Counted from the first letter of the stretch, positions 48,993-62,443 are shown. The stretch is 64,000 nt of DNA from Squalus acanthias (GCA_030390025.1 CM059425.1:167836001-167900000), one strand, 5' to 3'. Notes: generated by a model not told the origin, from the sequence alone. Translations and numbers: made by a program.

Positions 48993-50446
48993 GTTTGCTT
49001 TGCTGAAGTTTCTGATAAATAAACATCCATTTGTATTGCCTCTATTTTTTCTTAATCTTGCTATTATTACTCCTTTATATTACTCTCGTTGAACTCCAGT
49101 TTTAGTAGGTTAAATTTAAAACCAACTGTATAGCCTACTGTACATTGGCCTGAGCTGACTCAACCTAGAACACTTATTATAAACCACTTTGGAAGGTGCT
49201 TTAAATCTTTCCAATTAACAGATTTTGTAAGATGATGACTCCAGGTCATGATTGTTGGGAAATGGCTGAATCTATGGCACTAAAGCATTTGGGCAATTAA
49301 TGAGGAAAGAAATGAACATCCAATTTGTGCATCTCATAAAATCATGAATAAGACAGCTTTCTTGCAAATCTACCAACATTCCCGCAGATTCTTGTGACAC
49401 ATCTAATTTATCCTTTTATTAGCTTAATGACCTTCATTATCCTGCTTAATGTATGTTGTGCAATATTTCATTATGTTGGTAACACATTGTTGGAAAGTTA
49501 AGATAAGATTAGCAATTCATGTAAGCCTTCATGACTGAACTCAGGGCAGCATTTTCTTTGTTTCAGAATAACAGCAAATTAAACACTGAACTCACAAAAG
49601 GGATTTAGAGATGTATTACCTTGCTTGCTGCAGACATTTGTTAGACAAGAGTGTTTAAGTAACACTATCCTGTACACAGTTGAACCGGATTCCTTTGTAC
49701 TACTTTCCTTTTGAATTGCCCAGCGTGTAGCTGGTTGTGCATCATGATTAATAACCCACTGTGATAAAAGGTTTGTGATAAGTATTAATCTGTGCGTTCT
49801 AATTTATAGTGATAAGGAGTGCTGCAGTTGAGTGAATCTGATTGGGGATAGAACAGCACACCTTCTTAATTACTTTTGCGTTTACACAAAAATGGTATCA
49901 GATATCAACTTGAAACATAATTAGTTTGAAATGTTATTTAGTCTGTGCTGGGAAATCGTTCTGCTGACTGCAAAAGGGACCGCGTTGATTTGCACACATA
50001 TATGCGGGAAAAAGGAGAGGGAAAATCAATGGATAATAGAATTAGTTGAAGTATGGCAATAGGCATTTTTGCTGCTTCAGCAAAGACGTTGACACTGTTG
50101 GGAAAAGTGCCTTTCCATTCTGATAACACTTAAATATGCTATTGAAATGACTGCATAATATGTAAGATGATACATTGAATAAATCTTCTGCATCAGTTTT
50201 AAACTATAAAAGGAGAGTTCAAGAACTCTAAGGGGGTATTTTAGAATCCCAGCCTGCAGCGTTCTCGCCAGCGGGCCCCTAAAACAGATGTTAGGCCCCT
50301 TACATTTGTAAATGAGGAGCTTAACATCTGTTTTAGGCCCCCTCTACCATCGGACATCGCAGAGTGGAGCAGGAGCTGGACCTGCTCCGCTCGGGATAGT
50401 TCAGCGGCCGCTGCAGCCTAAGCAGCAACCGCCACCAAAAGGACAC

Positions 50447-50723
50447 TGTAACTCTAACAAAATCCTTCGTGATTTGGAACACCTCTATTAAATCTCCCCT
50501 AAACCTTCTCTGCTCTAAGGACAACAACCCCAGCTTCTCCATTCTCTCCACATAACTGAAGTCCCTCATCCCTGGTACCATTCTAGTAAATCTCTGCACC
50601 CTCGCCAAGACCTTGACATCCTTCCTAAAGTGTGATGTCCAGAATGGAACACAACACTCCAGCTGAGGCTTCACCAGTGATTTAATAACATTTAGCATAA
50701 ATTCCTTGTTTTTGTACTCTATA
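50447..50723 (-). mobile_element. CR1 LINE fragment
   Basis: KSLVKPQLECCVPFW...RGDLIEVFQI. Confidence 0.8.
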
Positions 50724-53340
50724 GGGATGAAATTGGTTTGGGCATGGGGAGGGCAAAACGCGATCTGCCATGCCCGTTCAAAGTGGTGCAGGCAGAACGC
50801 AAAATTCGTGCTGCCTGCTCATTTACATGATTGGAGCGCTGAGCACAGCGCGAAACACACTGCTGGTTGGCTCAGCGCTCAAGAGGGGGTGGAGGGGCCA
50901 ATATCGGGTGCAGTCTACTGGCCAATAAAATTTTGCCTAGGCTCTCTGTACTTCTTAATGGGGAGGTACTTTGTTACAGAAGCACCTCATTGTCACTCTG
51001 GATAGAAGCATAGAAGATAGGAGCAGGAGTAGGCCATTCGGCCCCTCGAGCCTGTTCCACCATTTAATGAGATCATGGCTGATCATCCAAATTCAGTACC
51101 CTGTCCCTGCTTTCTCCCCATATCCCTTGATCCCTTTAGCCTTAAGAAATATATCTATCTCCTTCTTGAATATATTTAATGAATTGGCCTCAACTGCCTT
51201 CTGTGGTAGAGAATTCCACAGGTTCACCACTCTCTGGGTGAAGAAATTCCTCCTCATCTCAGTCCTAAATGGCTTACCCCTTATCCTTAGACTGTGACCT
51301 CTGGTTCTGGACTCCCCTGCCATCGGGAACATCCTTCCTGCATCTAGTCTGTCTAGTCCTGTTAGAATTTTATAAGTTTCAATGGATGCAGCCATGTCTC
51401 AACAGGAAGAGAAAGGGCAAGGCACTTCACTGATGCAGCACTGGAGTCCTTGGTCCTGGGGTACACAGAAGATGACATGTCCTCTACCCGCAGGGAGACA
51501 GGAGGCCTTCAAGGCAGCACGCCAGAATGCAGTTGGAGGAGATAGCACAAGCCGTCAATGCCACAAGTGTTGCCTCCAGGACCTGGATCCAGTGCAGCAA
51601 GAAGTTTAATGACCTCACATGAGTGGTCAAGGTGAGTGAATGCATCTTCAAATGCCATATCCCACCAACTGCACCACTAGCCTCACACACTGCTCAATAC
51701 ACCATACTCCTATCACTCACCTACCAACAATCTCCAGCAATCACGACTCAGACCTCACAATCATAGCTTCACTTCACCCTCACACACTTACCACTGCTGC
51801 AAGCCTCACACCCACATCTCACACCATGCATACAATGTCAACTATTCAACCATGACAGGCACATCACCCAAACACATTGCACCACACTCACTGACATGCT
51901 TCCTTTTCTCTTGCAGGTCAAGGTGGCTCACAACAGACGTGAGCAGCAGCAGATGGACGGGGAGAAGCACATCTTCAAAACCTTATTGAACTGGGGGAGA
52001 CGGTGCTGGAGATCATTGGAGGGGCCGTCACTGAGGCCGTGGCGAGCAGCGAGATTGAAAGCATTGATGATGACGGTATGCTCACACCTAATTTTCTTCT
52101 CACATTCCAATTCCCCCTCATCCCACAATCTCTTCTCACTTACAAGCTGCTGATGATGTAAGCATGCACATCTTGCTTTCCCCCCTCCCCTCACCGCAAC
52201 CCGACCCTTGTGCCTTTCTACTTTCAGATACCCAAGAACTGCCAGCAGCCCAGTCTGTCCCCATCCAAGTAGAGGAAGAAAGCGAAGGAGAAGAAGAGGC
52301 ACTGTCACTCGATCTGACACTCCTAGGCTCTAGCTCAGAAAATGGCACTGCGCGATCTTTAGAGGGTACTGTAGAGGCGGGATCTGCAGGTGGTGAGTCA
52401 CCAGGCACGAGTGGGCTGCAGCCAGGCCAGGGGGAAAGGTTAGCTTGGGTGCCAGCTCGCCGGAGGACACGGGTTCTGCTCCATAGGACTCAGATGATGC
52501 CTTTGATGGGGCGGTCTTCAGAAGAAGGGGGATGGGCATGCATACAGAAATGTTTGGTGCAATGGCAGGCCTGCCAGAGAGCCTCTTGTCAGTATCAAGG
52601 AGTATGGAGGAGTCAGCTCCAACTTTGCACGGGGCTTTGCTCGGAGCGTGGAGCCCGTGATTTCCAGGAAGGAAGTGATGGGCAACTCCATTAGAGCACT
52701 TGTGGACCCAACCATGATGCTGGGTATGATTGGCGATGTCACAGCTTCCATTGCAGCACATGCAAAAGTGACCCAACGTCTGAGTGCTGCACTGGAAGCT
52801 CAGACTGCTCTCATGCAGGCTCAGTTTGTTGCCACGCAAGCTCAGACTGATGCCATCATGGCTGGGTTTACGAGTATGGAAAGGGGCTCGCAGAGTGTTG
52901 GAGCAATTCAGCAATCTGTCCTCCAACAGATGGCTAGGATTGCTGAGGCGCCGCCCTGGGGGAATGGCAGTGGCTCCGTGGAGCAAGAACCTGCTGTCTC
53001 TCTCAGGATGACAGCATTCGTACTCCCATTCCTGCCACTCCGCCAGTGCCCTTGCTGCTGCCTGTCAGCCAGCCAGCCCAGACTGCTGCCGCCCATGCCG
53101 AGGTGCTGCAGCCTGAAGCCAGGCCTTCTAGGCCCAGAGCTGCTCAAGGTCATCCTCAAAGGCCATTTGCAGCCTCCCCCACTGAAAGTCAGCAGCCTTC
53201 CACCAGCCATGCTGCAGCCATTGGGGTAACATTGCGTAGCAGCACTAGAATAGGCAAAGGAACATAAAAGACAAACACTAAGGGAATGCACAAGGGAGAT
53301 TTGTTGACTTTGTTATGTAGTATTGGATTGATTAATTGAA
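50724..53340 (+). mobile_element. Harbinger half-element: one terminus plus Myb/SANT-like pseudogene (ATG 51394, end ~53267), with a young CR1 3' fragment at 51002-51383
   Basis: Terminus GGGATGAAATT; RTWIQCSKKFNDLT|gtgag; KVAHNRRE; reverse-complement homology to 60738-62727. Confidence 0.8.
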
Positions 53341-53344
53341 TTCA

Positions 53345-54792
53345 TTTCTCTTATCTGGAAGGAGGAGAGCATGCCAGGAGATCTCAGAGATGCCGTAATC
53401 ATGACCATCTTCAAGAAAGGTGACAAGTCCAATTGCGGTAATTACAGAGGAGTTTCCCTGCTGTCTGCCACAGGGAAAGTCATCGCAAGAATCTTCCTCA
53501 ATCGCCTTCTCCCAGTGGCTGAAGCGCTCCTCCCAGAGTCGCAATGCGAATTCCGCCCACTAAGGGGCACAATGGACATGATCTTCACCGCGCGTCAAAT
53601 ACAAGAGAAATGCAGGGGACAGCACCAACCGCTGTACATGGCCATCTTTGACCTCACAATAGCCTTCGACACTGTCAACCGTGAGGGATTATGGAGTGTC
53701 CTCCTCAAATTTGGCTGCCCTCAAAAGTTTGTCACCATCCTCCGCCTGCTTCACGACGACATGCAAGCTGTGATCCTGACCAACGGATCCACCACAGACC
53801 CAATTCACGTACGGACCAGGGTCAAGCAAGGCTGTGTCATCGCACCAATGCTCTTCTCGATCTTCCTTGCTGCAATGCTCCATCTCACCCTCAGTAAGCT
53901 CCCCACTGGAGTGGAGCTAATCTACAGAACAAACGGAAAACTGTTCAACCTCCGTTGCCTCCAGTCCAGATCCAAGGTCGTCCCATCCTTTGTTATCGAA
54001 TTACAGTATGCAGGACGACGCTTGCGTCTGCGCACACTCGGAGGTCGAACTCCAAACCATCGTCAACACCTTCACCAAAGCGTACGAGAGCATGGGCCTT
54101 ACACTAAACATCCGTAAGACAAAGGTCCTCTACCAACCTGCCCCCGCCACACAGTACTGCCCCCCGATTATCAAAATCCACGCCGAGGCCTTGGACAACG
54201 TGGACCACTTTCCATACCTCGGGAGCCTACTGTCAACAAGGGCAGACGTTGATGACGAAGTCCAACACCACCTTCAGTGTGCCAGTGCAGCCTTCGGTCG
54301 CCTGAGGAAGAGAGTGTTTGAAGACCAGGACCTCAAACCCGGCACCAAGCTCATGGTCTACAGAGCAGTAGTGATACCTGCCCTCCTGTATGCTTCAGAG
54401 ACATGGACCATGTACAGCAGGCTCCTCAAAGCACTGGAGAGGTACCACCAACGCTGCCTCCGCAAGATCCTGCAAATCCATTGGCAGGATAGGCGCACCA
54501 ACGTCAAGAGAGAACCAGGTGGGCAGAGGAAACACTTCAAGGACACTCTCAAAGCCTCCTTGAAAAAGTGCAACATTCCCACCGACACCTGGGAATCCCT
54601 GGCCCAAGACCACACAAAGTGGAGGAGAAGCATCCGGGAAGGCGCCGAACACCTCGAGTCTCTTCGCCGGGAGCAAGCCCCACCTGTGACAGAGACTGTA
54701 GGTCCCGCATTGGACTCATCAGTCACCTGAGAACTCATTTTTAATGTGGAAGCAAGTCATCCTCAGTTCCAAGGAACTGCCTAAGAAGAAGA
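53345..54792 (+). mobile_element. RTE-clade LINE, 5'-truncated, frameshifted near the YADD motif, internal deletion
   Basis: KKGDKSNCGNYRGVSLLS, LPESQCEFRP, FDLTIAFDTV, VKQGCVIAP, FPYLGS, LLYASETW; (AAG)n tail. Confidence 0.9.
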
Positions 54793-55899
54793 CAGTGACC
54801 AGTATTCCAGGTGGGGTTGAACCCGTACTCTACAAACTCAGAATCACTTCCTGAGATTTGTGCTCAAGTTCTCTGGTTACGCAAATCCTAATTTCTCTAT
54901 TTATTGCTGACACTCTCCTTACTATCCACCAGTAGCGTCTTTTTCTTGCATTGTATTCTTTACAATAATACCATTAACTCATATTACCAGTGTTTATTAG
55001 CTTCTCTCAATCTTGTGACTTTGCATTTGTCCACATTAACTGATATCTGACTGACATCAGCCCGGCTGCCCAATCTATCCAGCTCTTTCTGTACTTGAGC
55101 AGCCTGTTCCCCGCTGTTTGTAATCCCACCCAATTTGATATCACTTCAAACCTGGAGAATTGTGTTTCAGTCCCCACTTCCAAGTCATTTACGTCTATTG
55201 TAAACAGTAACGGTTCAGCACTGATCCTGAGGCACCTTACTAGTTACCTCCTTCCATGCTGATCCAGCTATATGTGCAACCAGCCTTTGCTTCATCTCCT
55301 TCAGATCATTTTTGATCCATTTCAGAAGCACTCCACCTACGCTTAGCCTTCCAAACTTGTGGACCAATCACATATGTCATGCTGCTTTGCTGAAATATAA
55401 ATTAACAGCATCCACTGAGGTCCCCTGCACAAAGGGTTTGTTAACTCCTTAAAAATCTCCCTCCCAGAAAGCATTGCTGGCTTCCACCTACAGTTGCATA
55501 TTTCTCCAGGTAGATCATTATTCATTCCTTCAGGACATGCTCCAGTACATTCCCTACAATGGATGTCAGGCTGGCTTGCCTGTAAATCTCCTCTGTACCC
55601 TCTCCAAGGACTTGACATCCTGCCTAGAGTGTGGTGCCCAGAGTACTCCAGCTGAGGCCTGACCAGAGATTTGTGAAGGTTTAGCATGACTTCCTAGTTT
55701 TTGTATTCAATGCTCCTATTTACAAAGCCAAGTATCCCATATGCTTTCTTAACCACCGATCAATATGCCCTGCCACCTTCAAAGATTTGTGAATATGCAC
55801 CCCCAGGTCCCTCTGCTCTTGCACCCCCTCAAAATAATACCATTTAGATTGTACTGCCTCTCCATGTTGTTACTCCCAAACTGCATCACTTTACACTTA

Positions 55900-56395
55900 C
55901 TGTATTCGCTGCTCACGATGCGGTCTCCTCTACATTGGGGAGACCAAAAGCAGACTGGGTGACCGCTTTGCAGAACACCTCCGTTCAGTCCGTAAGGGTG
56001 ACCCCGAGCTTCCGGTCGCCTGTCACTCTAATTCTCCGCTCCACTCCCACTCTGACCTCTGGCTCTTGCACTGTTCCAATGAAGCTCAACATAAGCTCGA
56101 GGAACAGCACCTCATCTTTCGATTAGACGCTTTACAGCCTTCTGGACTCAACATTGAGTTCAACAATTTCAGACTATAACCCCTGTCCCTATTGCCTTCA
56201 CCCTAGCACAGACCGTTCCTTTTATTCTTTCTTCCCCTCCCCCTTTCCCTGCCTCTGCGCCTGCTTAAAACCTGTTACATCTCTAACTTTTTCCAGTTCT
56301 GACGAAGGGTCACAGACCTGAAACATTAACTCTGTTTCTCTCTCCACAGATGCTGCCTGGCCTGCTGAATGCTTCCAGCATTTTCTGTTGTTATT
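55900..56395 (+). mobile_element. Second PLE family: 5'-truncated 3' fragment (GIY-YIG end and 3' region)
   Basis: Frame 55898-56179 YCIRCSRCGLLYIGETKSRLGDRFAEHL...LEEQHLIFRL...GLNIEFNNFRL*, absent from the ORF track; TSD TCA[C/T]TTTACACTTA at 55886-55899 and 56396-56409. Confidence 0.88.
56295..56331 (+). ncRNA. Minimal hammerhead ribozyme motif, partly decayed
   Basis: AGTT-CTGACGA-AG-GGTC(ACA)GACC-T-GAAA-CATT-AACT; stem I AGTT/AACT; AACATT is probably decayed from palindromic AACGTT. Confidence 0.7.
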
Positions 56396-57565
56396 TCATT
56401 TTACACTTATCTGCATTAAATTGCATCTGGCATGTGTCTGCCCATTTTCACCAGTCTGTTATGTCCTCCTGAGGTCTGTTACTATCCTGTTCAATATTTA
56501 CTACATTGCCCAGTTTTGTATTATCTACAAACTTTACAATTCTACTCCCTGTACCCAAGTCCAGGTCATTTATATAAAACAAGAAAATCAATGTTCCTAA
56601 TACCGACCCCTGGGGGACCCCACTACATACTTCACTCCAGTCAGAAAAACATCCGTTCACCACTACTCTCTGCCTCCTGTGCCTCAGCCAATTACATACC
56701 CAAGTTACCACCACCCCTTTAATACCATTTTCCGAATAAGTCTGTTATGTGGTGCTTTATCAAATGCCTTTTGAAAGTTCATATATACATCTGCTGCACT
56801 ACCCTCATCAACCCTCATCAAAGAATTCAATCCAGTTAGTCAAACACAATTTGCCTTTAACAAATCCGTGCTGGCTGTCCCTTATTAGCCCATGCTTCTC
56901 CAAGTGAGAATTAATTTTGTCCTTGACAATGGTCTCTTGTAGTTTTACCACCACTGACTTTTGACTGCTTGGCCAGGTTTATCCCTCTCCCCTTTTTTGA
57001 GCAGGGGTGTAACATTTGCAATCCTGCAGTCCTCTGGCACCACTCCAATATCCAAGAAGGATTGAAAAATTCTGGTCAGAGCTTCTGCTAGCTCCACCCT
57101 AGCTTCCCTCAGCAACCCAGGACCGGGTGACTTGTTAACTTTGAGTGATGCCAAATTATTTAGGACCTCCTTTCTATCAATTTTTATCCTATTCAATATC
57201 TCTACTCCCCCTCCTTTACTGCAATATTAACGTTATCCTCCTCTTTTGTGAAGACAGATGCAAAGGCACATTATAGCCTAGAAACTAGTGTTGGCACTAG
57301 TAGTGAATGACATTTGGCATTTTAACACAGGAGTTAATTAATTTATTTTAAATGGGTCACCACCTCCACTAAAACAGGGTGGAATGTGATATGAATGTGT
57401 TAAGCATTCATCTGATAGCATCACTATCAGTATTTTTTACCTTTAAAAGTATTAACTTATCACAGATTACTGAAGTCAAACTATTTTCCCCACAGAATGA
57501 TTTTTAACCTGCTTCTTTTGCTCCTTTAATTTTTGACTGATCAGACACAATTACAGGGTATTATA

Positions 57566-57991
57566 GGGTATGGTAGTATAGTGGTTATGTTACTGGTCTA
57601 ATAATCCAGAGGCCTGGACGAATGATCCAGGGTCATGAGTTCAAATCGCACCACGGCAGCTGGGGAATTTAAATTCAATTAAATAAATAAATAAATAAAT
57701 AACTAGTATCAGTAATGGTGACAATGAAACTACCAGATTGTCATAAAAACCCATCTGGTTCACTAATGTCCATCAGGGAAGGAAATCTACCATCCTTACC
57801 CATTCTGGCCTATATGTAACTCCAGACCCACAAAAATGTGGTTGACTCTTAACTGCCCTCTGAAATGGCCTAGAAAGCCACTTATTCAAGAAGGCGGCTC
57901 ATCACCACCTTCTCGAGGGCAAATAGGGATGGGCAATAAATGCTGTTCTTGCTGGCGACGCCCACATCTCGTGAATGAATGAATAAAAAAC
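57566..57991 (+). mobile_element. Full-length tRNA-derived SINE with a LINE-derived 3' tail
   Basis: A-box-like TGGTAGTATAGTGG; B-box GAGTTCAAATC (57637-57647); (TAAA)n; tail TTCAAGAAGGCGGCTCATCACCACCTTCTC...GAATGAATAAAAAA matches the LINE 3' ends. Confidence 0.85.
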
Positions 57992-59889
57992 AACAGGCAC
58001 TGAATAAATGGGTAATTTCCCATTTCTGGCGTGGGGGGAAATTTAAATCTTCAGCGCTCCCGGCACAGAATGGTGCCGGGCACCATATATTGGGAATTTT
58101 GAGTGCGTTGCACCATGATTTTCTGTCCATTAAAATGAATCGACTGAAATTCGGGAGAGGAGTGGGGCTGAATCCCCAGTATATGCCCATGGTGCGTGAA
58201 GCTCCTAACCGGGAGCACTGAAGATGAAAATTTATTCCTAGGTGTCACCAATGAAATCAGTAAATGGCATATCAAAATTTGTTTACAAACCATTCACAGT
58301 ACCTAGAGGCAGGAAAACAAATATTCAGCTGAGTCCAGACTGTATCAGCTACATTTGTGCTCTACTGACTTACAACACTGACTTATTTAATGTGCTCAAA
58401 TGTTTCTGATTTTAATTATTAATCTGAGAACAGTGCCATGGGAGATATTCCTTAGTGTTAATTACCTGACAGATAAAAGTCTCCTTTCTCTCTCTGCTAG
58501 CTGTAAATCTCCAAAGCAAAATAGTTTGGAGGATTTTCAGCCCTATTGCAAGTGTGCATGTCCTTAGCATTAAATTGTCCATAAGTCTACTGTTTAATTG
58601 GCAGCAAAACACAGGATGGCTGGCGTAGGAAATTAAAATATCCAACAGATGTAGAAGGAAGGCGTTTTTCTTGCAGATGCCTATTGAGGTAAATAAGTCA
58701 AACTGAGCGCGACACATAATTGTGCCTTCTACCATGTACACAGATTTTAAGTAACTTGAGCAGCCTCAGAAAGACTTTTAAACTTTCCTGTGTGAGATTA
58801 AATATTCAAACCAAACGAATAGGATAAAAATCTCCTCTTGATAACGATTCTTCAGCTTTCCAGAAATATTATCTTCTGCGGTCTCAAAGTAGTTTGAAGC
58901 ACAAAATCAGACTTAATTAGTACTTATTCGACAATCTTATTCTGGTTCCAGAGTTTGATGCATGGACATAACACGGTGGTGCAGTAAGTGGTATTCTTCA
59001 AAGATTGATAAAGGTGCATTGTTGAGGCAATTTAGAGGGAGCTTTCATTTCCTCTGACCCAAGTCAAACCTAACCTAAGAAGCAGTTGATGCCTTCTTTA
59101 ACTAGGTACAGAGCAGAAACATGTTCCATTTGCTCCTACACCAAAAAACCCACATAAAAAGAACTACATAAGACTGCTAGAGGTCAATGTAGTTCATGAA
59201 TTCTGCTGCATTGATTCAGTGACTGGAGTAAAATTAATGATTTGCTAATGTGATACAGTAATAGGTTCTTTGTGTTTGTGATTCTGGCTAATGAGAAGGA
59301 GGAAGGGATCAACCCAGTAGATAAAGAATAATTAAAAATGCTTATACATGACAGTCACACTAATTAGTGCCCAGGATTTGATGAATTACATCTTCATCAG
59401 TTGTCTCCTCCTTTTTAAGGTACTGTGGCCGGCTGTTAAGGCTGGTTTCAGCAAGAAATTGGGAGCCGCCTCGCTTCCGTCCACTTCCGGTGTGGCCTGC
59501 AGCAGCCGCCATTTTGGGCAGGTCGGCAGCGTGGCCATTGCCTGCGCTCGCTGGAGAAATGGTAATGAGACAGATTGTGACGTCAATCAGTGTGCAATTC
59601 TGATTTGACACACGACCTGCCATTTTGAATGTCGCCGCTCCACTCAACATCCTCTCCAAAACACGAACAACTGAACGCACAGAGAACCCCATCGGCGCTA
59701 TTTAAAGGGATCATCAACAACTTGCAAGTACTTGCTTTTTGATTTCTACTGGATCTGTATAAGTTCGTGCAACCATTTGGAGCTTTCTACAGTTATTTAA
59801 AGTTGTTGAGGTGACAGGGAGTGGTGCTGCAAGTGGAGAGCGCCTTGCTTCTGATTTCAAGGGTTCTGCTCAGACCACTTGCTCCCAGT

Positions 59890-60737
59890 CATGGGGGCTC
59901 TACTTGCAGTCCCCCTCGCACTCGAATATGACAGGGAGATGGAGCAGAGGCAGCAAAGACTACAAGCTGCTCACAGAGGGAGGAGGAGGAGGGGCAGGAG
60001 GGCTCTCAGCAGGAGTCCTTACCCACCTAGGGTCTTCCGAGAGCACTTCTCCTACCTGCACTTAAGCCAGAAGAAGTGCACTAGGAGGCTCCACTTCACC
60101 ATGGAGGTGGTTGCAGAACTCTGCCATCACCTAGAATCAGACCTGCAGCCTCAGAGCAGGGCAATGACAGCGTTGTCAGTGGACCTCAAGGTCACTGTGG
60201 CCGTCAATCTTTTCACCACCGGATCTTTCCAGTCTGGAGCAGGAGACATAACTAACATCTCCCAGTTTGCCATCCATTGCTGCATCCGGGAGGTCACAGA
60301 GGCTCTCTACAGGAGAAGGGACTTCATTGTCTTCTCTCTGAACAGAGAGAAGCAGGACGAGCGTGCATGTGGCTTTGCCAGGATATTGGGTTTCCCCATG
60401 CTGCAGGGCACCATCGACTGCACACGCGTGGCTTTGCGGGCGCCGCATATCAATCCTGAGATGTACCACAACCGCACAGGCTACCACTCACTTAATGTGC
60501 AGTTGGTGTGCGACCACGCCCAGCACATCATGATGGTAAATGCCTGGTATCCTGGCAGCAGTAACAATGCCTTCATCCTGCACCAGTCCGGTGTACCAGC
60601 AATCTTCCAGTCACCACATCGAACCCGAGGGCGGCTACTTGGAGACAAGGGCTATCCGTGCTACACCTGGCTGATAACTACCCTCCGCAACCCCACCACT
60701 CGTGGCCAACACTTATATAATGAGAACCATGCTGCCA
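59890..60737 (+). pseudogene. Harbinger transposase truncated before the catalytic Glu
   Basis: YPPRVFR, GTIDCTRV, GDKGYP and YNENHAA, then antisense Myb sequence; frameshift near the start. Confidence 0.85.
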
Positions 60738-62443
60738 TTTGTGTCTTTTGTGTTCCTTTGCCTACTCTAGTGCTCCTACGCAGTGCTACCCCTGTGGCTG
60801 CAGCATGGCTGGTGGAAGGCTGCTGAATTTCCATGGGGGAGACTGTAGATGGCCTTGCAGGACGACCTTGAGCACCTCTGGGGCTAGAAGTCCCGGCTGT
60901 AGACTGCACTACCTCGGCATGGGCGGCAGCAGTCTGGGATGGTTGGCTGACAGTTGGGAGTAGAAATGCTGTCATCCAGAGAGAGGACAGCAGGTTCTTG
61001 CTCCAGGGAGCCACTGCCACTCCCCTGGGGCAGCGCCTCAGCAATCCTAGCCATCTGTTGGAGCACAGATTACTGGACTGCTGTGACACCCTGAAAGCCC
61101 CTTTACACACTCGTAAACCCAGCCACGGTGCCATCAATCTGAGTTTGCGTGGCAGTAAACTGATCCTGCATGAGAGCAGTCTGAGCTTCCACTGCAGCAC
61201 TCAGACGTTGGGTCACGTCTGCCTGTGCTGCAATAGAAGCTGCGACATTGCCCATCACACCCAGCATCATGGTTGCGCCCACAAGTGTCCTAATGGAGCT
61301 TCCCATCATTTACATCCTGGAAATCATGGGCTCCAAGCTCTGCGCAAAGCCCAGACTCGTCCATGCTCCTTGACACTAAGAAGATGCTCTCTGACAGGCC
61401 TGCCATTGCACCAAGCATTTCTGTGTGCATGCCCATCACCCTTCTTCTGAAGGCCGCCCCATCGAGGTCATCATCTGAGTCCTGTGCAGCAGAAGCTGTG
61501 CGCGAACTCTTCCTCCGGGGAGCTGGCACCCGAGCTACCCTTTCCCCCTGGCCTGGCTGCAGCCCACTCGTGTCTGGTGACTCACCACGGGCTGATCCCA
61601 CCTCTACACTACCCTCTAAAGTTCGCACGGTACCATTTTCTGAGCTGGTGCCTGGGAGCGTCTGATCAAGTGACAGTGCCTCTTCTTCTCCTTCACTCTC
61701 CTCTTCTACAACGTCGGGGACAGGCTGGGCTGCTGGCAGTTCTTGGGTATCTGAAAGGAGAAAGGCACAAGGGTCGGGTTGTGGTGAGGGGAGGGGGTGT
61801 AAGATGTGCATGCTTACACCATCAGCAGCTTGTAAGTGAGAAGAGATTATGGGATGAGGGGGAAGTGGGATGTGAGAAGAATGATTAGGTATGAGCATAC
61901 CATCATCAGCAATGCTTTCAACCTCGCCACTCGCCACTCGCCACGGCCTCAGTGACGGCCCCTCCAATGATCTCCAGCACCGTCTCCTCCAGCTCACTCT
62001 GTTTCTGAAGACTTGCTTCCCCTCCGCCCGTCTTGCAGCAGTGGTAAGTGTGTGAGGGTGAGGTGAAGCTATGATTGTGAGGTATGAGTCGTAATTGCTA
62101 GAGATTGTTGGTAGGTGAGTGATGGGGGTGTGGTGCATTGAGCAGTGTGTGAGGCTAGTGGTGCAGTTGGTGGGATATGGCATTTGAAGATGCATTCACT
62201 CACCTTGACCACTCTTGTGAGATCATTAAACTTCTTGCGGCTCTGGATCCAGGTCCTGGGGACAATACATGTGGCATTGATGGCTTGTGAGATCTCCTCC
62301 TACTACCTTCTGGCATGCTGCCTGGAAGGCCTCCTGCCCCCCTGCGGGTAGAGGACCTGTCTTTTTCTGTGCTCCCCCAGGACCAAGGCCTCCAGTACTT
62401 TATCTGAGAACCTCCTTGCACTCTCTCTTCCCTGTTGAGACAT
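60738..62443 (-). pseudogene. Harbinger Myb/SANT-like gene, degenerate
   Basis: RTWIQSRKKFNDLTRVVK|gtgag; homologous to 51394-53267. Confidence 0.78.

Larger units (their letters stand above)
55580..57270 (-). mobile_element. CR1 LINE fragment interrupted by a PLE insertion
   Basis: KSLVRPQLEY; WLRHRRQRVVVNG...GVPQGSVLG; VPEDCRIANVTP. Confidence 0.8.

Noticed and set aside
59879..60826. Intact 315-aa transposase
   Set aside because: The C-terminus is antisense Myb sequence joined by a deletion; the catalytic Glu region is absent and the HD motif is altered
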